Source: Candidatus Bathyarchaeia archaeon
GTDB lineage: Archaea > Thermoproteota > Bathyarchaeia > Bathyarchaeales > Bathycorpusculaceae
Assembly: GCA_038883655.1 (NCBI GenBank)
Contig: JAVZLQ010000002.1
Span: forward strand, 238,396-302,395
Direction: 5' to 3'
DNA: 64,000 bases
Shown here: piece by piece, positions 48,593-58,893 of the stretch
Layout: each line of letters begins with the position of its first letter
How positions within the stretch are numbered: the first letter of the stretch is position 1
Made by a program: the position numbers and the translations under genes
The notes under the pieces: model-generated
Seen by the model: only the letters and a program-made list of their open reading frames with translations
Databases searched by the model: none
What the model was told of the DNA's origin: nothing

Positions 48593-49789
48593 ATGCCAAA
48601 CCGTCCAGCCATAGTTGCCGTTGGAAGAACAAAATTCGGAGAACACTACGAAAAGGAGCCAGAAAAACTTATTGAAGAGGCTTGGCTTAGGGCTTCTGAA
48701 GATGCCGGTATAGAACGCAGAGACCTTGAAGCATGCTACCTATCAGACTATTTTCTGCCAATAACAAACAAGCTTGGACTTGAAGAGGGTTTCCTTTCAG
48801 AGCTTACCGAGCTTCATGTTCCAATGGAAGTCACACGTTCATTCAGCTCAGCACTATCAAATGCTTGTAACGCAATTCAAGCTGGAAGATACAGCGTGGT
48901 TTTGGTTGGCGGCATAGAGAAAATGACTGACCGCTGGGACAAGATTCGTGACGACCTTATGCTTTTGGAAGATCCTTGGAGCTATTATGCTGGATGCACA
49001 CCCGAAGCAAATCATGAGCTTATGCTTAGAGCCTACATCAAAAAGTATGGTGTTAAAGGTGAAGATTTGGAAAAGCTAAACACGGCGTTGGCGCAGATTT
49101 CCGTAAAGAACCATCTGCACGCCACAAAAAATGAGTATGCCCAGTACCAGAGAAAAATAACCGTTGAGCAAGTTTTAAGCGCACGCAAAGAGGCGCGTAA
49201 ACCTTTGGGACTTTACGATTTTGCGCCGATTTCTGACGGTGCCTCAGCGCTAATTCTCACAAGCGATGATGTCGCAAGAAAGTTTACGGAAAAACCAGTT
49301 TATGTTCTGGGCTTTTCTTCAGCCACTGATTACCTAACCTTTCCAGCGAGGCAAGACTTAACGCGTTTTGTTGTTAGCGAGATTGCCATGAAAGACGCGC
49401 TTGAAAGAGCCGCAATAAGCCTTTGGGACATACAGGTTTTGGAGGTTTATGACCAGTCAACGGTTATGGAGATGGTCTCTCTCGAGGATTTGGGTTTCTG
49501 CAAACGCGGAAGTGCTTGGAAAAGCATATACCAGAGCTGCCAGGACTATAAGGGATATTATGAAATTGAAGGCAGAAAGCTTTTCGTGAACTTGAATGGC
49601 GGTTTGAAGGCTGATGGAAACCCACTTGGCGCAACCGGAGGCGCCCAAATCTTCGAGGTTGTTAAACAGTTGAAAGGAGAGGCTGGCGAACGCCAAGTTA
49701 TGGTTGACGGAACACCGAAATACGGTTGTATATTGGAGTTGGAGGGTTTTGGAACTAAAGGTTACGTTTACATTTTGGGGAGGGACTAG
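48593..49789 (+). CDS. archaeal thiolase-family protein lacking canonical catalytic residues
   Basis: Thiolase fold motifs (G.TKFG, GG.EKM, PISDGA, GGLK..G.P.GATG) but ACASG deleted, HDC changed to YDQ, GHP to GNP. Confidence 0.85.
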   Translation: MPNRPAIVAVGRTKFGEHYEKEPEKLIEEAWLRASEDAGIERRDLEACYLSDYFLPITNKLGLEEGFLSELTELHVPMEVTRSFSSALSNACNAIQAGRYSVVLVGGIEKMTDRWDKIRDDLMLLEDPWSYYAGCTPEANHELMLRAYIKKYGVKGEDLEKLNTALAQISVKNHLHATKNEYAQYQRKITVEQVLSARKEARKPLGLYDFAPISDGASALILTSDDVARKFTEKPVYVLGFSSATDYLTFPARQDLTRFVVSEIAMKDALERAAISLWDIQVLEVYDQSTVMEMVSLEDLGFCKRGSAWKSIYQSCQDYKGYYEIEGRKLFVNLNGGLKADGNPLGATGGAQIFEVVKQLKGEAGERQVMVDGTPKYGCILELEGFGTKGYVYILGRD

Positions 49790-49792
49790 CCC

Positions 49793-51304
49793 ATGAGCAG
49801 CGAGCCGATAGAGAGAAGAGTTTCCTATCTTGGCGATAGGTTGAAGGGATGTCGCTGCCTAATATGCGGTAAAGAGTATTTTGAAATAAGGGATTATTGC
49901 GGTTCATGCGGAAGGAAAAGCTTCGGGAAAATGGTTAACATGGACCTTTTTTATGACAAGGGAGTCCTCGAAGTTTGCACCATCATAAATGAGCCTACGA
50001 ACAAGTTCACAAAGCTTGGCAACTACGTTTATGGCATAATCTCCTTCCACAACGGAAAGATTCGCGTTCCAGGTAGGCTCACGGACAGAATGATAAGGCA
50101 AGGCGAAGAAATGGACCTCTCAACTCTCGAGGGACGTGAGGTCGTTCCAAGGTTTAGGAGACGCTACTCGGTTGATAGAAGCGACATAATACCAACAATC
50201 TCATTGGCTTTTACATTTGCAGATGAGTATTATCCCCACCAGCAATATGCCGTTGTCAAGCCGAACAAGGAGTTCGACGCGCCAGGAATAGTTGGTTATG
50301 GCGTCTACACCTCAAAGTTCAGAATAAAGGAGGGCAACATAACCCGTTCAGTCCCATTCATCGACGAAGACGCCATAACCGCCGCAGTTGAAGCTGGAAA
50401 ACTGGCGCTGATACATTCTGGCGTCGACAGCACACTTGTGGGCAAAGTTTACGTAGGTTCAGAATCAAACCCGTACGCTGTCAAGCCCATAGCCTCAAAA
50501 GTTGCTCAAGTCTTAAAGCTCGGCGAGGAGGAAGACGAGGGAGTTCAAGGCGTTGACGCTGTTGACACCGAATTCGCTTGTAAGGCTGCCACAAGCATGT
50601 TTAAGGATGCCGCGTCGCTTGTAAACTATCCAAAGGCAAACATCCAATACGCCATGGTTATAGGCGCAGACAACTCCCAAGCAGCGCCAAGGGATTGTCC
50701 GGGCGGTGAGTTAGACTTCTTTGTTGGTTTCGGAGGGTGCGCTTACATTTTCGGAAAAACCGACCTAATAGCTGAAATTGAAGGATGGTACTCATGCACT
50801 TCGGACACGCCTGACTTCTGGCGTAGGGACGGCGAGCCATATCCAATGCACGGTGGAAGATTCACGGGAGACCCTGCTTACTTCAAGCATGTCCGAAAGG
50901 CCGCAAAGAAGCTTATGGATAGGTTTGGCTTAAAGCCAAGTGACATAAGCTATTTTGTTGCACATCAGCCAAACGTTCAATTTCCGGTGCGCGTGGCAAA
51001 AGAGCTGGGCTTCAAAGAAGAACAGTACCTACCATCGCTTCAGGTGGCAAACTTTGGCAACACCTATTCTGGGTCTTCGCCAGTCGGCTTGGCAGCAGTC
51101 TTGGACATAGCTAAACCGGAAGAGCGCATACTAATCGTAAGTTATGGCTCTGGGGCTGGAAGCGACGCCTACTCGCTAATTACAACAAACCAGATAATTG
51201 AGAAGCGGAACCGCCAAAAAATGACTGTTGCCTACCAAGCCAAGAACCCGTTCTTAGAGTATGTGGATTACACAACTTATAGGCGGCTAAAGCTTGGAAT
51301 GTAG
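49793..51304 (+). CDS. DUF35 (Zn-ribbon/OB) fused to hydroxymethylglutaryl-CoA synthase
   Basis: N-term C..CG......C..CG plus OB fold; C-term GSES.PYAVKP, EFACKA, DTPDFWRR, HQPN, GNTYSG, SYGSGAGSD. Confidence 0.92.
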   Translation: MSSEPIERRVSYLGDRLKGCRCLICGKEYFEIRDYCGSCGRKSFGKMVNMDLFYDKGVLEVCTIINEPTNKFTKLGNYVYGIISFHNGKIRVPGRLTDRMIRQGEEMDLSTLEGREVVPRFRRRYSVDRSDIIPTISLAFTFADEYYPHQQYAVVKPNKEFDAPGIVGYGVYTSKFRIKEGNITRSVPFIDEDAITAAVEAGKLALIHSGVDSTLVGKVYVGSESNPYAVKPIASKVAQVLKLGEEEDEGVQGVDAVDTEFACKAATSMFKDAASLVNYPKANIQYAMVIGADNSQAAPRDCPGGELDFFVGFGGCAYIFGKTDLIAEIEGWYSCTSDTPDFWRRDGEPYPMHGGRFTGDPAYFKHVRKAAKKLMDRFGLKPSDISYFVAHQPNVQFPVRVAKELGFKEEQYLPSLQVANFGNTYSGSSPVGLAAVLDIAKPEERILIVSYGSGAGSDAYSLITTNQIIEKRNRQKMTVAYQAKNPFLEYVDYTTYRRLKLGM

Positions 51305-51336
51305 CAAACAATTAATAAAAGGGAGAAAGCAACATA

Positions 51337-52548
51337 ATGGCTGCGGAGAATAAAAAGTTGTTTGCATACGGCATATTTAAGGTAATATACGCTCCACAAA
51401 AGGCTTTTAGAGAAATCGCCCAAAACCCAAGATACATCGGGCCAATACTCATAATGATACTATTCATAGCTGGAAATCTAGCTTTCATTTATACGCTGAT
51501 GTTAAAAACATACGTTGAACAAACAATACCCTTTGGGGATTCCGTAACAAAAGATGAGTGGACAGAAAACGCAACACTATGGATGACAACGCTCATGCCA
51601 GGGATAAACATAACAGAAAATTATGTAGATTACGTAAGCAGCATGCCTGAAATAATCCCAATACGCCTCACAATTTATTATGGTGATAGGAGCATCCAAT
51701 TTTTAATAAACGGAAGCGCAACAATATGGGCGCAGCTAGACAACATAGGACCAATAGACTGTTCAGAATCGGGTTACAACAGCACTTCAATGCGAATTAA
51801 AAGCTTAAATCCAAATGAGAACCCAGAAAACGCGACAATTTATCTATACTCCACAACAATAGACTATTTCAGTTACGATTTCACAAGCCAACTCGATTTC
51901 ACAAGTACAAATTGGAATAATGTGACAATCCCTCTTGGAACGCAGGAGTGGCAAAAAAATGGCGACGCAAACTGGAGCAACATAAACAGCTTGAAGCTAG
52001 AATTTACTTGGAGTACGCTGAAAAACATAACATTGCTTGTTGACGGACTGTTTTTCCGTGGACCCTTCGGTTCACCATCAGCATACATTTCAGAATATCT
52101 GTTCACGTATTCACTGACCTCTTTTATGCAGTTCACCATTAACTGGGTCATCCTAGGTGGACTAATATACATAATGTCAAAGGCGTTCCGCGGCAAAGCG
52201 TTATGGAGAACATCGCTTATTCTTGTTGGGTTTGCCCTAATAACGCTATTCATTCAATCATTGATTTATCTTGCCACCTTCTCAGTCTCACCAGTAATCT
52301 ATTATAGGTTTGAGCTGCTTGGAAAGGTCATGGGCGAGAGTGAAAAAGCCTATGAAAACCTTGTTGCCGACACGGAGATTTTTTCAGCAATTTACCGGTA
52401 CGCCTCCCTAGCCATATCAATATGGACAATTGCTTTATGCGCCGCTGCCACTCGCGCTGCAAACGATTTTTCATGGAGCAAAAGCGCCCTAATAGCCGTA
52501 GTCGCCTACTACACAACTACTATACTTATGGGTTTCCTCCTCGCATAA
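51337..52548 (+). CDS. Yip1-domain membrane protein with large extracellular insert
   Basis: VIYAP..AFREI N-terminus, 5 TMs, many N-glycosylation sequons. Confidence 0.75.
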   Translation: MAAENKKLFAYGIFKVIYAPQKAFREIAQNPRYIGPILIMILFIAGNLAFIYTLMLKTYVEQTIPFGDSVTKDEWTENATLWMTTLMPGINITENYVDYVSSMPEIIPIRLTIYYGDRSIQFLINGSATIWAQLDNIGPIDCSESGYNSTSMRIKSLNPNENPENATIYLYSTTIDYFSYDFTSQLDFTSTNWNNVTIPLGTQEWQKNGDANWSNINSLKLEFTWSTLKNITLLVDGLFFRGPFGSPSAYISEYLFTYSLTSFMQFTINWVILGGLIYIMSKAFRGKALWRTSLILVGFALITLFIQSLIYLATFSVSPVIYYRFELLGKVMGESEKAYENLVADTEIFSAIYRYASLAISIWTIALCAAATRAANDFSWSKSALIAVVAYYTTTILMGFLLA

Positions 52549-52557
52549 CGTAAACTA

Positions 52558-53763
52558 TTATTCGTATCTTAGGGCTACTACTGGCGGTATTTTTGACGCC
52601 CTATAGGCTGGGAGGACTCCTCCAGCTAATCCTATCAGCATTGTTAGGATTAACGTTTGAGTTATGAGAGTTGGCGTTATTAACGGGCTTAGCTTTAGGG
52701 TTAGGCCGCTTTCGCCTATTCCCCCTATTGTGAACCCGCTTGACGAGAGAATATGCGCGCCTATCACGCCCACCGAGATTCCTGACGCTCCACCGACTAA
52801 ACTCATAACTATTGACTCCATCAATATGAGGAGGAGAATTTGTCCGTTAGTGTAGCCTATGGCTTTCATAACGCCTATTTCCCTTGTGCGCTCCATAACA
52901 GACGTTATCATTGTGGCGGCAACCCCGGCAACTGCCACGGCGAACGCTGAAAGTGATGTTGAAAAGTTTATGAAGTTTATTGCGCCAGTCACGCTGGATA
53001 TGGCCTCGGCTATGGAGCTGAAGGCTATTATTTGGGCTTTGTCCTCGTAATGCTGCCTTAAAATCGAAACTATTGGCTTCACGTTAGCTGGGTTGCTTGC
53101 CAAAACAAGTATACCAGACCACTTGTCTAAACCCAGCAGTCTTTTGCCAGCATCTAGGTGCATAAAAATTGTGGAATCCGGGTCAACAATTAAAGCGCCG
53201 CCATATTCTTTGAGAATGGCGCCCACGCATACCCCTATTGTTTTCTTACCCGTTATTCTTCCACTTTCAATCTTTGGCACAGTCACAATTAAACCGTCTT
53301 CCAAACCAAAATATTTCTCGTTGTCCTTGTAGGCTATTTTTCGCCCTATTATCACATAGGAACGCTCTGATGGAACATCACCTTCGTCGATTTCTAGGCT
53401 GCCTATAGCCTCAAAAAGAAGGCTATAATCAACCGCGAATATTGACACCTTAACGTCTTCTGTCCCTCTTTTCACTATTCCCTGTGTGTTGTAGAAGGGT
53501 TCAGCCCTTCTAACATCGCCGAGAGCTCTGATATAGTTTAGCTCTTTTTCGTCAAACCAGTAGTTTTCAGCTGGAAAAACAGCAATGGCGTTCTGCCCCA
53601 GAGAAGTTATCCTTTCCAGTATGTAGCTTGAGTAGCTTCCAACAACAGAGCTCATCATAACAAGCACTAGCGGACCAATAGCTATTCCTATTATTGTGAG
53701 GACTGCCCTTGTTTTCCTTTCGCTTAGAGCTTTCAGAGATAACCTAACAAAGTCAACAAGCAT
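52558..53763 (-). CDS. MacB/FtsX-type ABC permease
   Basis: R..LTIIGIAIG, SVMERTREIGVMKAIG, ALRYE. Confidence 0.92.
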   Translation of the reverse strand: MLVDFVRLSLKALSERKTRAVLTIIGIAIGPLVLVMMSSVVGSYSSYILERITSLGQNAIAVFPAENYWFDEKELNYIRALGDVRRAEPFYNTQGIVKRGTEDVKVSIFAVDYSLLFEAIGSLEIDEGDVPSERSYVIIGRKIAYKDNEKYFGLEDGLIVTVPKIESGRITGKKTIGVCVGAILKEYGGALIVDPDSTIFMHLDAGKRLLGLDKWSGILVLASNPANVKPIVSILRQHYEDKAQIIAFSSIAEAISSVTGAINFINFSTSLSAFAVAVAGVAATMITSVMERTREIGVMKAIGYTNGQILLLILMESIVMSLVGGASGISVGVIGAHILSSSGFTIGGIGESGLTLKLSPLITPTLITQTLILTMLIGLAGGVLPAYRASKIPPVVALRYE

Positions 53764-53785
53764 TTAGAGCCTCACCAACAATCGT

Positions 53786-56700
53786 TCAAGGGCTGCCGCC
53801 TTCAATCTTCGTCTTCCTTGCCATCCTATAGATTAAGACCGTTGCCACCGCGAGAAAAACAAGCACGCCTGCCACAATGATCCACCTTTCAATTGGGAAC
53901 TGTTCAGCTTGCTCCGGTGGAGGCGCTGGTGCTTCTTGCAACGTTACGTTGACATTTATCTGCTTTGACTCCAGTTTGTTAAACACGTCATAGTATCTCA
54001 CTGTTAGAGTGGCGGCACTTTCATACTTGTTCATGTCCACTCTGAAGGCTACCTCCGAGCCCGGGTCAATGTCGCCTATAAAAGTGGATTCTGTGTTTTC
54101 GCCGATTTTTAGTTCTGCTTCGACTCGATAGGCTGTTGCGGAGCCATAATTGATGATGATTCCAGTAACGGTTGATGATGCACTCGTACCTGTTGCCTTA
54201 ACATTTTTTAGTATAAGTTCTATGAAGGGCTCAACAACAACTACTATTGAATTGTTGAAAACTTGAGAGTAGCCACATGAATCTCTATAAAAGATTGATA
54301 CTGTGAAAGGTACTGGACCATAAGTTACAGCAGAAACGCCACCAGTTTGTGAATAGAAGCCAAGCGGGTTATAGGCTAACGATAAGGGAATTTCAACGCT
54401 TTCTTCTGGAAGTATCCTTTCGACATAGTTCACTATAGGCGAGGCTATTAGTATTGGCATTCCTTGATAAGGCGAAACCACAACGAAAGCATCATAAATT
54501 GGCGAACTGCCGTAATTCACCAGCGTAAGCGAAGTGTTAACATAGCGGCTTCTCACGTTGACGCTTTCCGCCATAATCAAGCCGATGTACCCAGCCTTGC
54601 CAAGTATGGCAACTGGAACTGCCAAGGAAATTTCTCTGTTACCACCCCAAGCGTCGATGTAGGATAGTTGTCCATCAAAAGTGTAATTTCCAACATCCAC
54701 ATTGAAAATGTTTAGGCTGAACATGAAGGTTAAAATGTCTCCTCTACCATAAACTTGTGCCGTGCTGGCTTGTTGGGCGCTTAGGAAGGCGTTTAGAATG
54801 TCAGCGAGGTTCTGCGTTTGTAGGGGCAGTTGCAACTGCACTGATAGTGGTGCAGCAGTAGCTTTGCTTGTGTTGTCTGCGGAGTTGTAGATACCATCTG
54901 GCAATTCAAGTTTGAGCATAGCGCCGTGAAGCCCGTCAACATAAACATTCCTAACGAGAATTGCCAGGTGGGCGCCATAGGTGTTCGGTCCAACAGAACC
55001 CTCATACCATCGCGTATCCACAACTTCTAAGGCGAACATGTCATCATTAACGCCTATCTGCACCTTGAACTCTTCAACACGCCTAACGCCTGGACCACCA
55101 GAAAGCAATATGCAATCTACAAATAAATCCGCATCATAGTTTCCCGAAGATATGTTGCCAACCGAAACCGTAAATGAAGCGGTGAACGTGGCTAGACTTC
55201 GCACTGGACCTTCAATGTAGGCTGTTGCCTCGCTTAGTCCTTTTGAACTCATTCCAGATGGAAGTACCAGCTTTAGGTTTAATCCACTTATTGAGAATGG
55301 CGACCTATTCGCCAATGTTACTTGGTATGTCGCATTGCTTGTTCTTGGAAAAACGTTTATGTTGTTTTGCCATTCAGCGCTAACAAGTGATAAAATGCTT
55401 TCCGACGCTGGATAACTTTCAATTGGCATTGGCGCTGTGAAATTCCTAAATATGTTGATGTGAGTTCCAAACTCCGCAAACGTATACTTCACATGGATTT
55501 CCACAGGAACCGTGGACTCATCTGTGTTTATGTCAAAATATAATACTGTCGTGCAAGAACCACCGCTGGTAACTGTTGTGGCACTTGCGTCAGAATCTTT
55601 TATCGATGTAAGGTGTGGCGACGAAGCGTTTACAACAATGCCCCGAACATCGAAGCGTCCATTATTGACAAGCCTAATCGTTAATGGCATGTACCGCGAA
55701 GTTGAGTAAGCAGGCGCAGGGTCTGGATAACCCCAATAAGCCTCAGCAAAAGCCAACTCAGATAAATAGCCATGCGCGCTTTCCACGTTTACTGGAAAAC
55801 TTACAGTTTGATTCATTAGGAAGGAAGAACCAGAAACTATTCGCAAATAGGTTATATTTAACATGCCCACCGCTAATCCTATTTCAGTTTCTGGGTCGAC
55901 ATCCAATGTTAGGTCAACGTAGCATGTTCCCCCCGGCGCCATTCCATTAATGTATGTTCCTGAAATGGCTCTGACAAAAATCCCACTTGGAAGTGTGGCG
56001 TTCACAGACATGGCGCTTATAGTGTCTGGAAGCCTATTAATAAGGTAGATTCGTAGTACAACGTTTCTTGCTGATGGAAGCAGTGGCGCTGGTGCACCAT
56101 TGTAAAGCGTATTCACATTTGCAACCATTATTGGTTCTTCTGGAGGCGGGCTCTCCACAACAACTAAAGCTTCGATGGACGTTGAGTTGCTGTAGGTTAC
56201 TCCGTCATCTGTTCTTGCACTGCAATCTGCATGAATTAGGACGCTGTATGTGCCGAAACCAGCATCCACTGGTATGGTCACTCCCGTAAACGTTAATGTG
56301 AAACGATCTCCAACGTTGATAAGCCCAACGTTTGCCCGTGGATTTCCAGTCGTAAAGTTTTCTGGAAGCGAGACATTAAAGTTTGCCGAGTTAATTGCAC
56401 AACTACCATTATTCTCCAATATCACGTAAAGGTTCGTGTCAACGGAACCTGGATAAGAAGCGGGCGAAAAATAAGCGTCCACAACCCTCAAAGAGATTGG
56501 CGGATACAACGAAACCGTCAAGTTTATTGGGTGCACCTCAAATGTAATCTCACCCCCTTTAACGTATGTTATGTTAAGTGTAAGTTCATAGTCGCCGGGT
56601 TCCAGCGAGTTGTTTATGTCAAGTAAATATTCAAAAGTTACATGAGTGTTAAGCGTGATGTTTTCTGCTATGCTTCCGTTAAGGAGCCTCGCTGGGGAGC

Positions 56701-56992
56701 ATGCGCCACTTTGGGAGCTGAAGCTTATGCCAGCTGTTGTGTTTAGCCATCCGACCACGTTTTGGGCTGAAGTATCATTCTGGTATGCTGCTTCAATCTT
56801 TAAATTCACTCTGCTGCTGCCAGGATAGATGTATGCTGTATCAACAGATGACCTAACATTAACATTCTTTATAACGAAGTCTTGAGTGTTTCCAAAAGCC
56901 GCATTTTGCATGAAAACGAATGTGCACTGTAAAACTAACATTGTAATTAATGTAAGAGCTGAAATGTTCCTAACGGCTTTCATGTTCATCAC
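53786..56992 (-). CDS. large COG1361-like S-layer-domain surface protein
   Basis: Signal peptide, repeated PG...L...N.G Ig-like modules, C-terminal TM; lies between ABC ATPase and permease. Confidence 0.8.
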   Translation of the reverse strand: MMNMKAVRNISALTLITMLVLQCTFVFMQNAAFGNTQDFVIKNVNVRSSVDTAYIYPGSSRVNLKIEAAYQNDTSAQNVVGWLNTTAGISFSSQSGACSPARLLNGSIAENITLNTHVTFEYLLDINNSLEPGDYELTLNITYVKGGEITFEVHPINLTVSLYPPISLRVVDAYFSPASYPGSVDTNLYVILENNGSCAINSANFNVSLPENFTTGNPRANVGLINVGDRFTLTFTGVTIPVDAGFGTYSVLIHADCSARTDDGVTYSNSTSIEALVVVESPPPEEPIMVANVNTLYNGAPAPLLPSARNVVLRIYLINRLPDTISAMSVNATLPSGIFVRAISGTYINGMAPGGTCYVDLTLDVDPETEIGLAVGMLNITYLRIVSGSSFLMNQTVSFPVNVESAHGYLSELAFAEAYWGYPDPAPAYSTSRYMPLTIRLVNNGRFDVRGIVVNASSPHLTSIKDSDASATTVTSGGSCTTVLYFDINTDESTVPVEIHVKYTFAEFGTHINIFRNFTAPMPIESYPASESILSLVSAEWQNNINVFPRTSNATYQVTLANRSPFSISGLNLKLVLPSGMSSKGLSEATAYIEGPVRSLATFTASFTVSVGNISSGNYDADLFVDCILLSGGPGVRRVEEFKVQIGVNDDMFALEVVDTRWYEGSVGPNTYGAHLAILVRNVYVDGLHGAMLKLELPDGIYNSADNTSKATAAPLSVQLQLPLQTQNLADILNAFLSAQQASTAQVYGRGDILTFMFSLNIFNVDVGNYTFDGQLSYIDAWGGNREISLAVPVAILGKAGYIGLIMAESVNVRSRYVNTSLTLVNYGSSPIYDAFVVVSPYQGMPILIASPIVNYVERILPEESVEIPLSLAYNPLGFYSQTGGVSAVTYGPVPFTVSIFYRDSCGYSQVFNNSIVVVVEPFIELILKNVKATGTSASSTVTGIIINYGSATAYRVEAELKIGENTESTFIGDIDPGSEVAFRVDMNKYESAATLTVRYYDVFNKLESKQINVNVTLQEAPAPPPEQAEQFPIERWIIVAGVLVFLAVATVLIYRMARKTKIEGGSP

Positions 56993-57008
56993 ATCTTAAC
57001 AGTTGAGT

Positions 57009-57743
57009 TTATGCCTTATTAATAAGTGACTCTGCCTTATTAGGCATAAATTCTCCCACAATAGCTCCGTCCCTAATAACGTATATTTGCTCCATACAAT
57101 TTGCCACCTCCGGATCATGCGTCACAACTATTACCGTGTGCCCCGCCTTGTTAAGGTTAAGAAAAGTTTCAATAACAACTTTTGCTGAAGCCCTATCCAA
57201 ATTGCCTGTAGGCTCGTCAGCTAACACAACTACGGGTTTTCCGACTATAGCTCTTGCAATTGCCACTCTTTGCTGTTCTCCTCCAGAAAGCTGAGTTGGC
57301 TTTTTATTTAGCCACTTTTCATTTCCTCCAACTTTAGCTAGTGCCTCTTTGACCATTTCAGCCCTAATTTTTCTCGGAATTCCTTTGGGTATCAATGGTA
57401 ACTCTATGTTTTCAAAAACCGTAAGTCTACTGACAAGGTTAAATGTCTGGAAAACAAACCCAAGTTTGCTATTTCTCAAGTCAGCAAGGGTTTTATCATC
57501 AAGCTTTGAAACATCAAACCCGTCAAAGAATATGCGACCTTTTGTTGGTCTGTCCAGAAGTCCTATCATGTTTAGGAGCGTTGTTTTCCCAGAACCAGAA
57601 GGCCCCATTATGGCGATGAGTTGTCCCCTATACACTTTAAAGTTTACCCCTTTCAAAGCGCTTGTGTAGACGGTTCCAACCCTATATTCCTTATGCACAT
57701 CTACAAGTTGAATTATAGGTTTTGATGGAGTTTGTTGCCTCAA
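57009..57743 (-). CDS. ABC transporter ATP-binding protein
   Basis: [24 protein letters not shown]. Confidence 0.95.
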   Translation of the reverse strand: MRQQTPSKPIIQLVDVHKEYRVGTVYTSALKGVNFKVYRGQLIAIMGPSGSGKTTLLNMIGLLDRPTKGRIFFDGFDVSKLDDKTLADLRNSKLGFVFQTFNLVSRLTVFENIELPLIPKGIPRKIRAEMVKEALAKVGGNEKWLNKKPTQLSGGEQQRVAIARAIVGKPVVVLADEPTGNLDRASAKVVIETFLNLNKAGHTVIVVTHDPEVANCMEQIYVIRDGAIVGEFMPNKAESLINKA

Positions 57744-57974
57744 ACTTGATCCTCGTCGCCATTAATTTCGATAGGTTTCCATAAAATACCCAGTTTCTAT
57801 TCATATTTAACTCTTCAACAGAATTTAGAGCTAAAACCGTGAAATTTGTTAGCAATCTTTATATTATTGGAAGCTTTCCTCTGTTATAACCAGCTTTAGC
57901 CAAAACTCAGTGTTATCAATGGCACTTGAGCTTATGGTTGTAGGCTGGTTCCGCGGTAAGGACGAAAATTTAGT

Positions 57975-58259
57975 ATGCCAAGAAGGCTGCCTGAAAAAAC
58001 GAGAAATGCCCAGAGAAGGCCTAGAAGGTTTGGAAGCCAAAGTAGGTTCCGACCGAGCAGACCATTTTTCCAGTCGGCGCCTGTGAAGGAAAACCAAGAG
58101 TTAGAAGTGGTCATAGACGACATTGGAAGCAGGGGAGACGGGATAGCTAGAATACAAGGGTTCCTAATTTTTGTGCCGAACAGCAAGATAGGCGAGCGCG
58201 TGAGGGTTAGGATTCTTTCTGTCAGCCAAAAGTTTGCGGTCGCGGAGAAAATCGCCTAA
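57975..58259 (+). CDS. single TRAM-domain RNA-binding protein
   Basis: APV......V.I.DIG..GDGIARI.GF.IFVP; Arg-rich N-terminus. Confidence 0.9.
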   Translation: MPRRLPEKTRNAQRRPRRFGSQSRFRPSRPFFQSAPVKENQELEVVIDDIGSRGDGIARIQGFLIFVPNSKIGERVRVRILSVSQKFAVAEKIA

Positions 58260-58273
58260 AGAAGGTTTAATGG

Positions 58274-58564
58274 TTGAAGATTAGGGATTTGCGGAATGGA
58301 ATGAAAAACGTTGCGTTAGAAGCGAAGGTCGTAGAGAAAACAGAGGCTCATGAAGTTCTATCAAGATTTAAGGATGAAACCTACAAGGTTGCAACAGCCA
58401 TAATCGAGGATGAAACTGGAAAGATAAAGCTGACGCTTTGGAACGAGCAGATAAACATGGTGAAGGTTAACGACAAAATCAAGCTTGAGGGCGCTTATGT
58501 TTCCACGTTTAAGGGAGAACTGCAACTGAACGTTGGAAGAAACGGCGTGTTAACGGTTGTCTAA
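58274..58564 (+). CDS. single OB-fold SSB/RPA-like protein
   Basis: KI.DL..GM..V, DETGKI.LTLW, F.GE.QLNVG. Confidence 0.9.
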   Translation: MKIRDLRNGMKNVALEAKVVEKTEAHEVLSRFKDETYKVATAIIEDETGKIKLTLWNEQINMVKVNDKIKLEGAYVSTFKGELQLNVGRNGVLTVV

Positions 58565-58600
58565 CCGCGGAATTGAAAACGGGACGAGAGGTGAATTTGT

Positions 58601-58855
58601 ATGGAAGAAAGAAGGAGCTTCGGCGCAAGAAGAAGTTTCAGAGGGAGAGAAAGAGTAAGCAAGTTTACGCCAAAGCCGGTTGAGGTTGGAAAGGAATACG
58701 AGGTTGACATACAAGAAACAAGCAGACGTGGAGAAGGCATAGCAAGAATACAAGGCCTAGTAATCTTCGTGCCAAAAACGAAGCCCGGAGACCACGCGAA
58801 GATAAGGATAACCCGCATAAGCAGAAGGTTTGCAGAAGCTGAAGTTGTAACATAA
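58601..58855 (+). CDS. single TRAM-domain RNA-binding protein
   Basis: KPVEVG.EY.V.I...SRRGEGIARI.G.VIFVP. Confidence 0.92.
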   Translation: MEERRSFGARRSFRGRERVSKFTPKPVEVGKEYEVDIQETSRRGEGIARIQGLVIFVPKTKPGDHAKIRITRISRRFAEAEVVT

Positions 58856-58893
58856 ACCGCTATGCGTTCATTATTGCCGCCACAATTTTCGGT

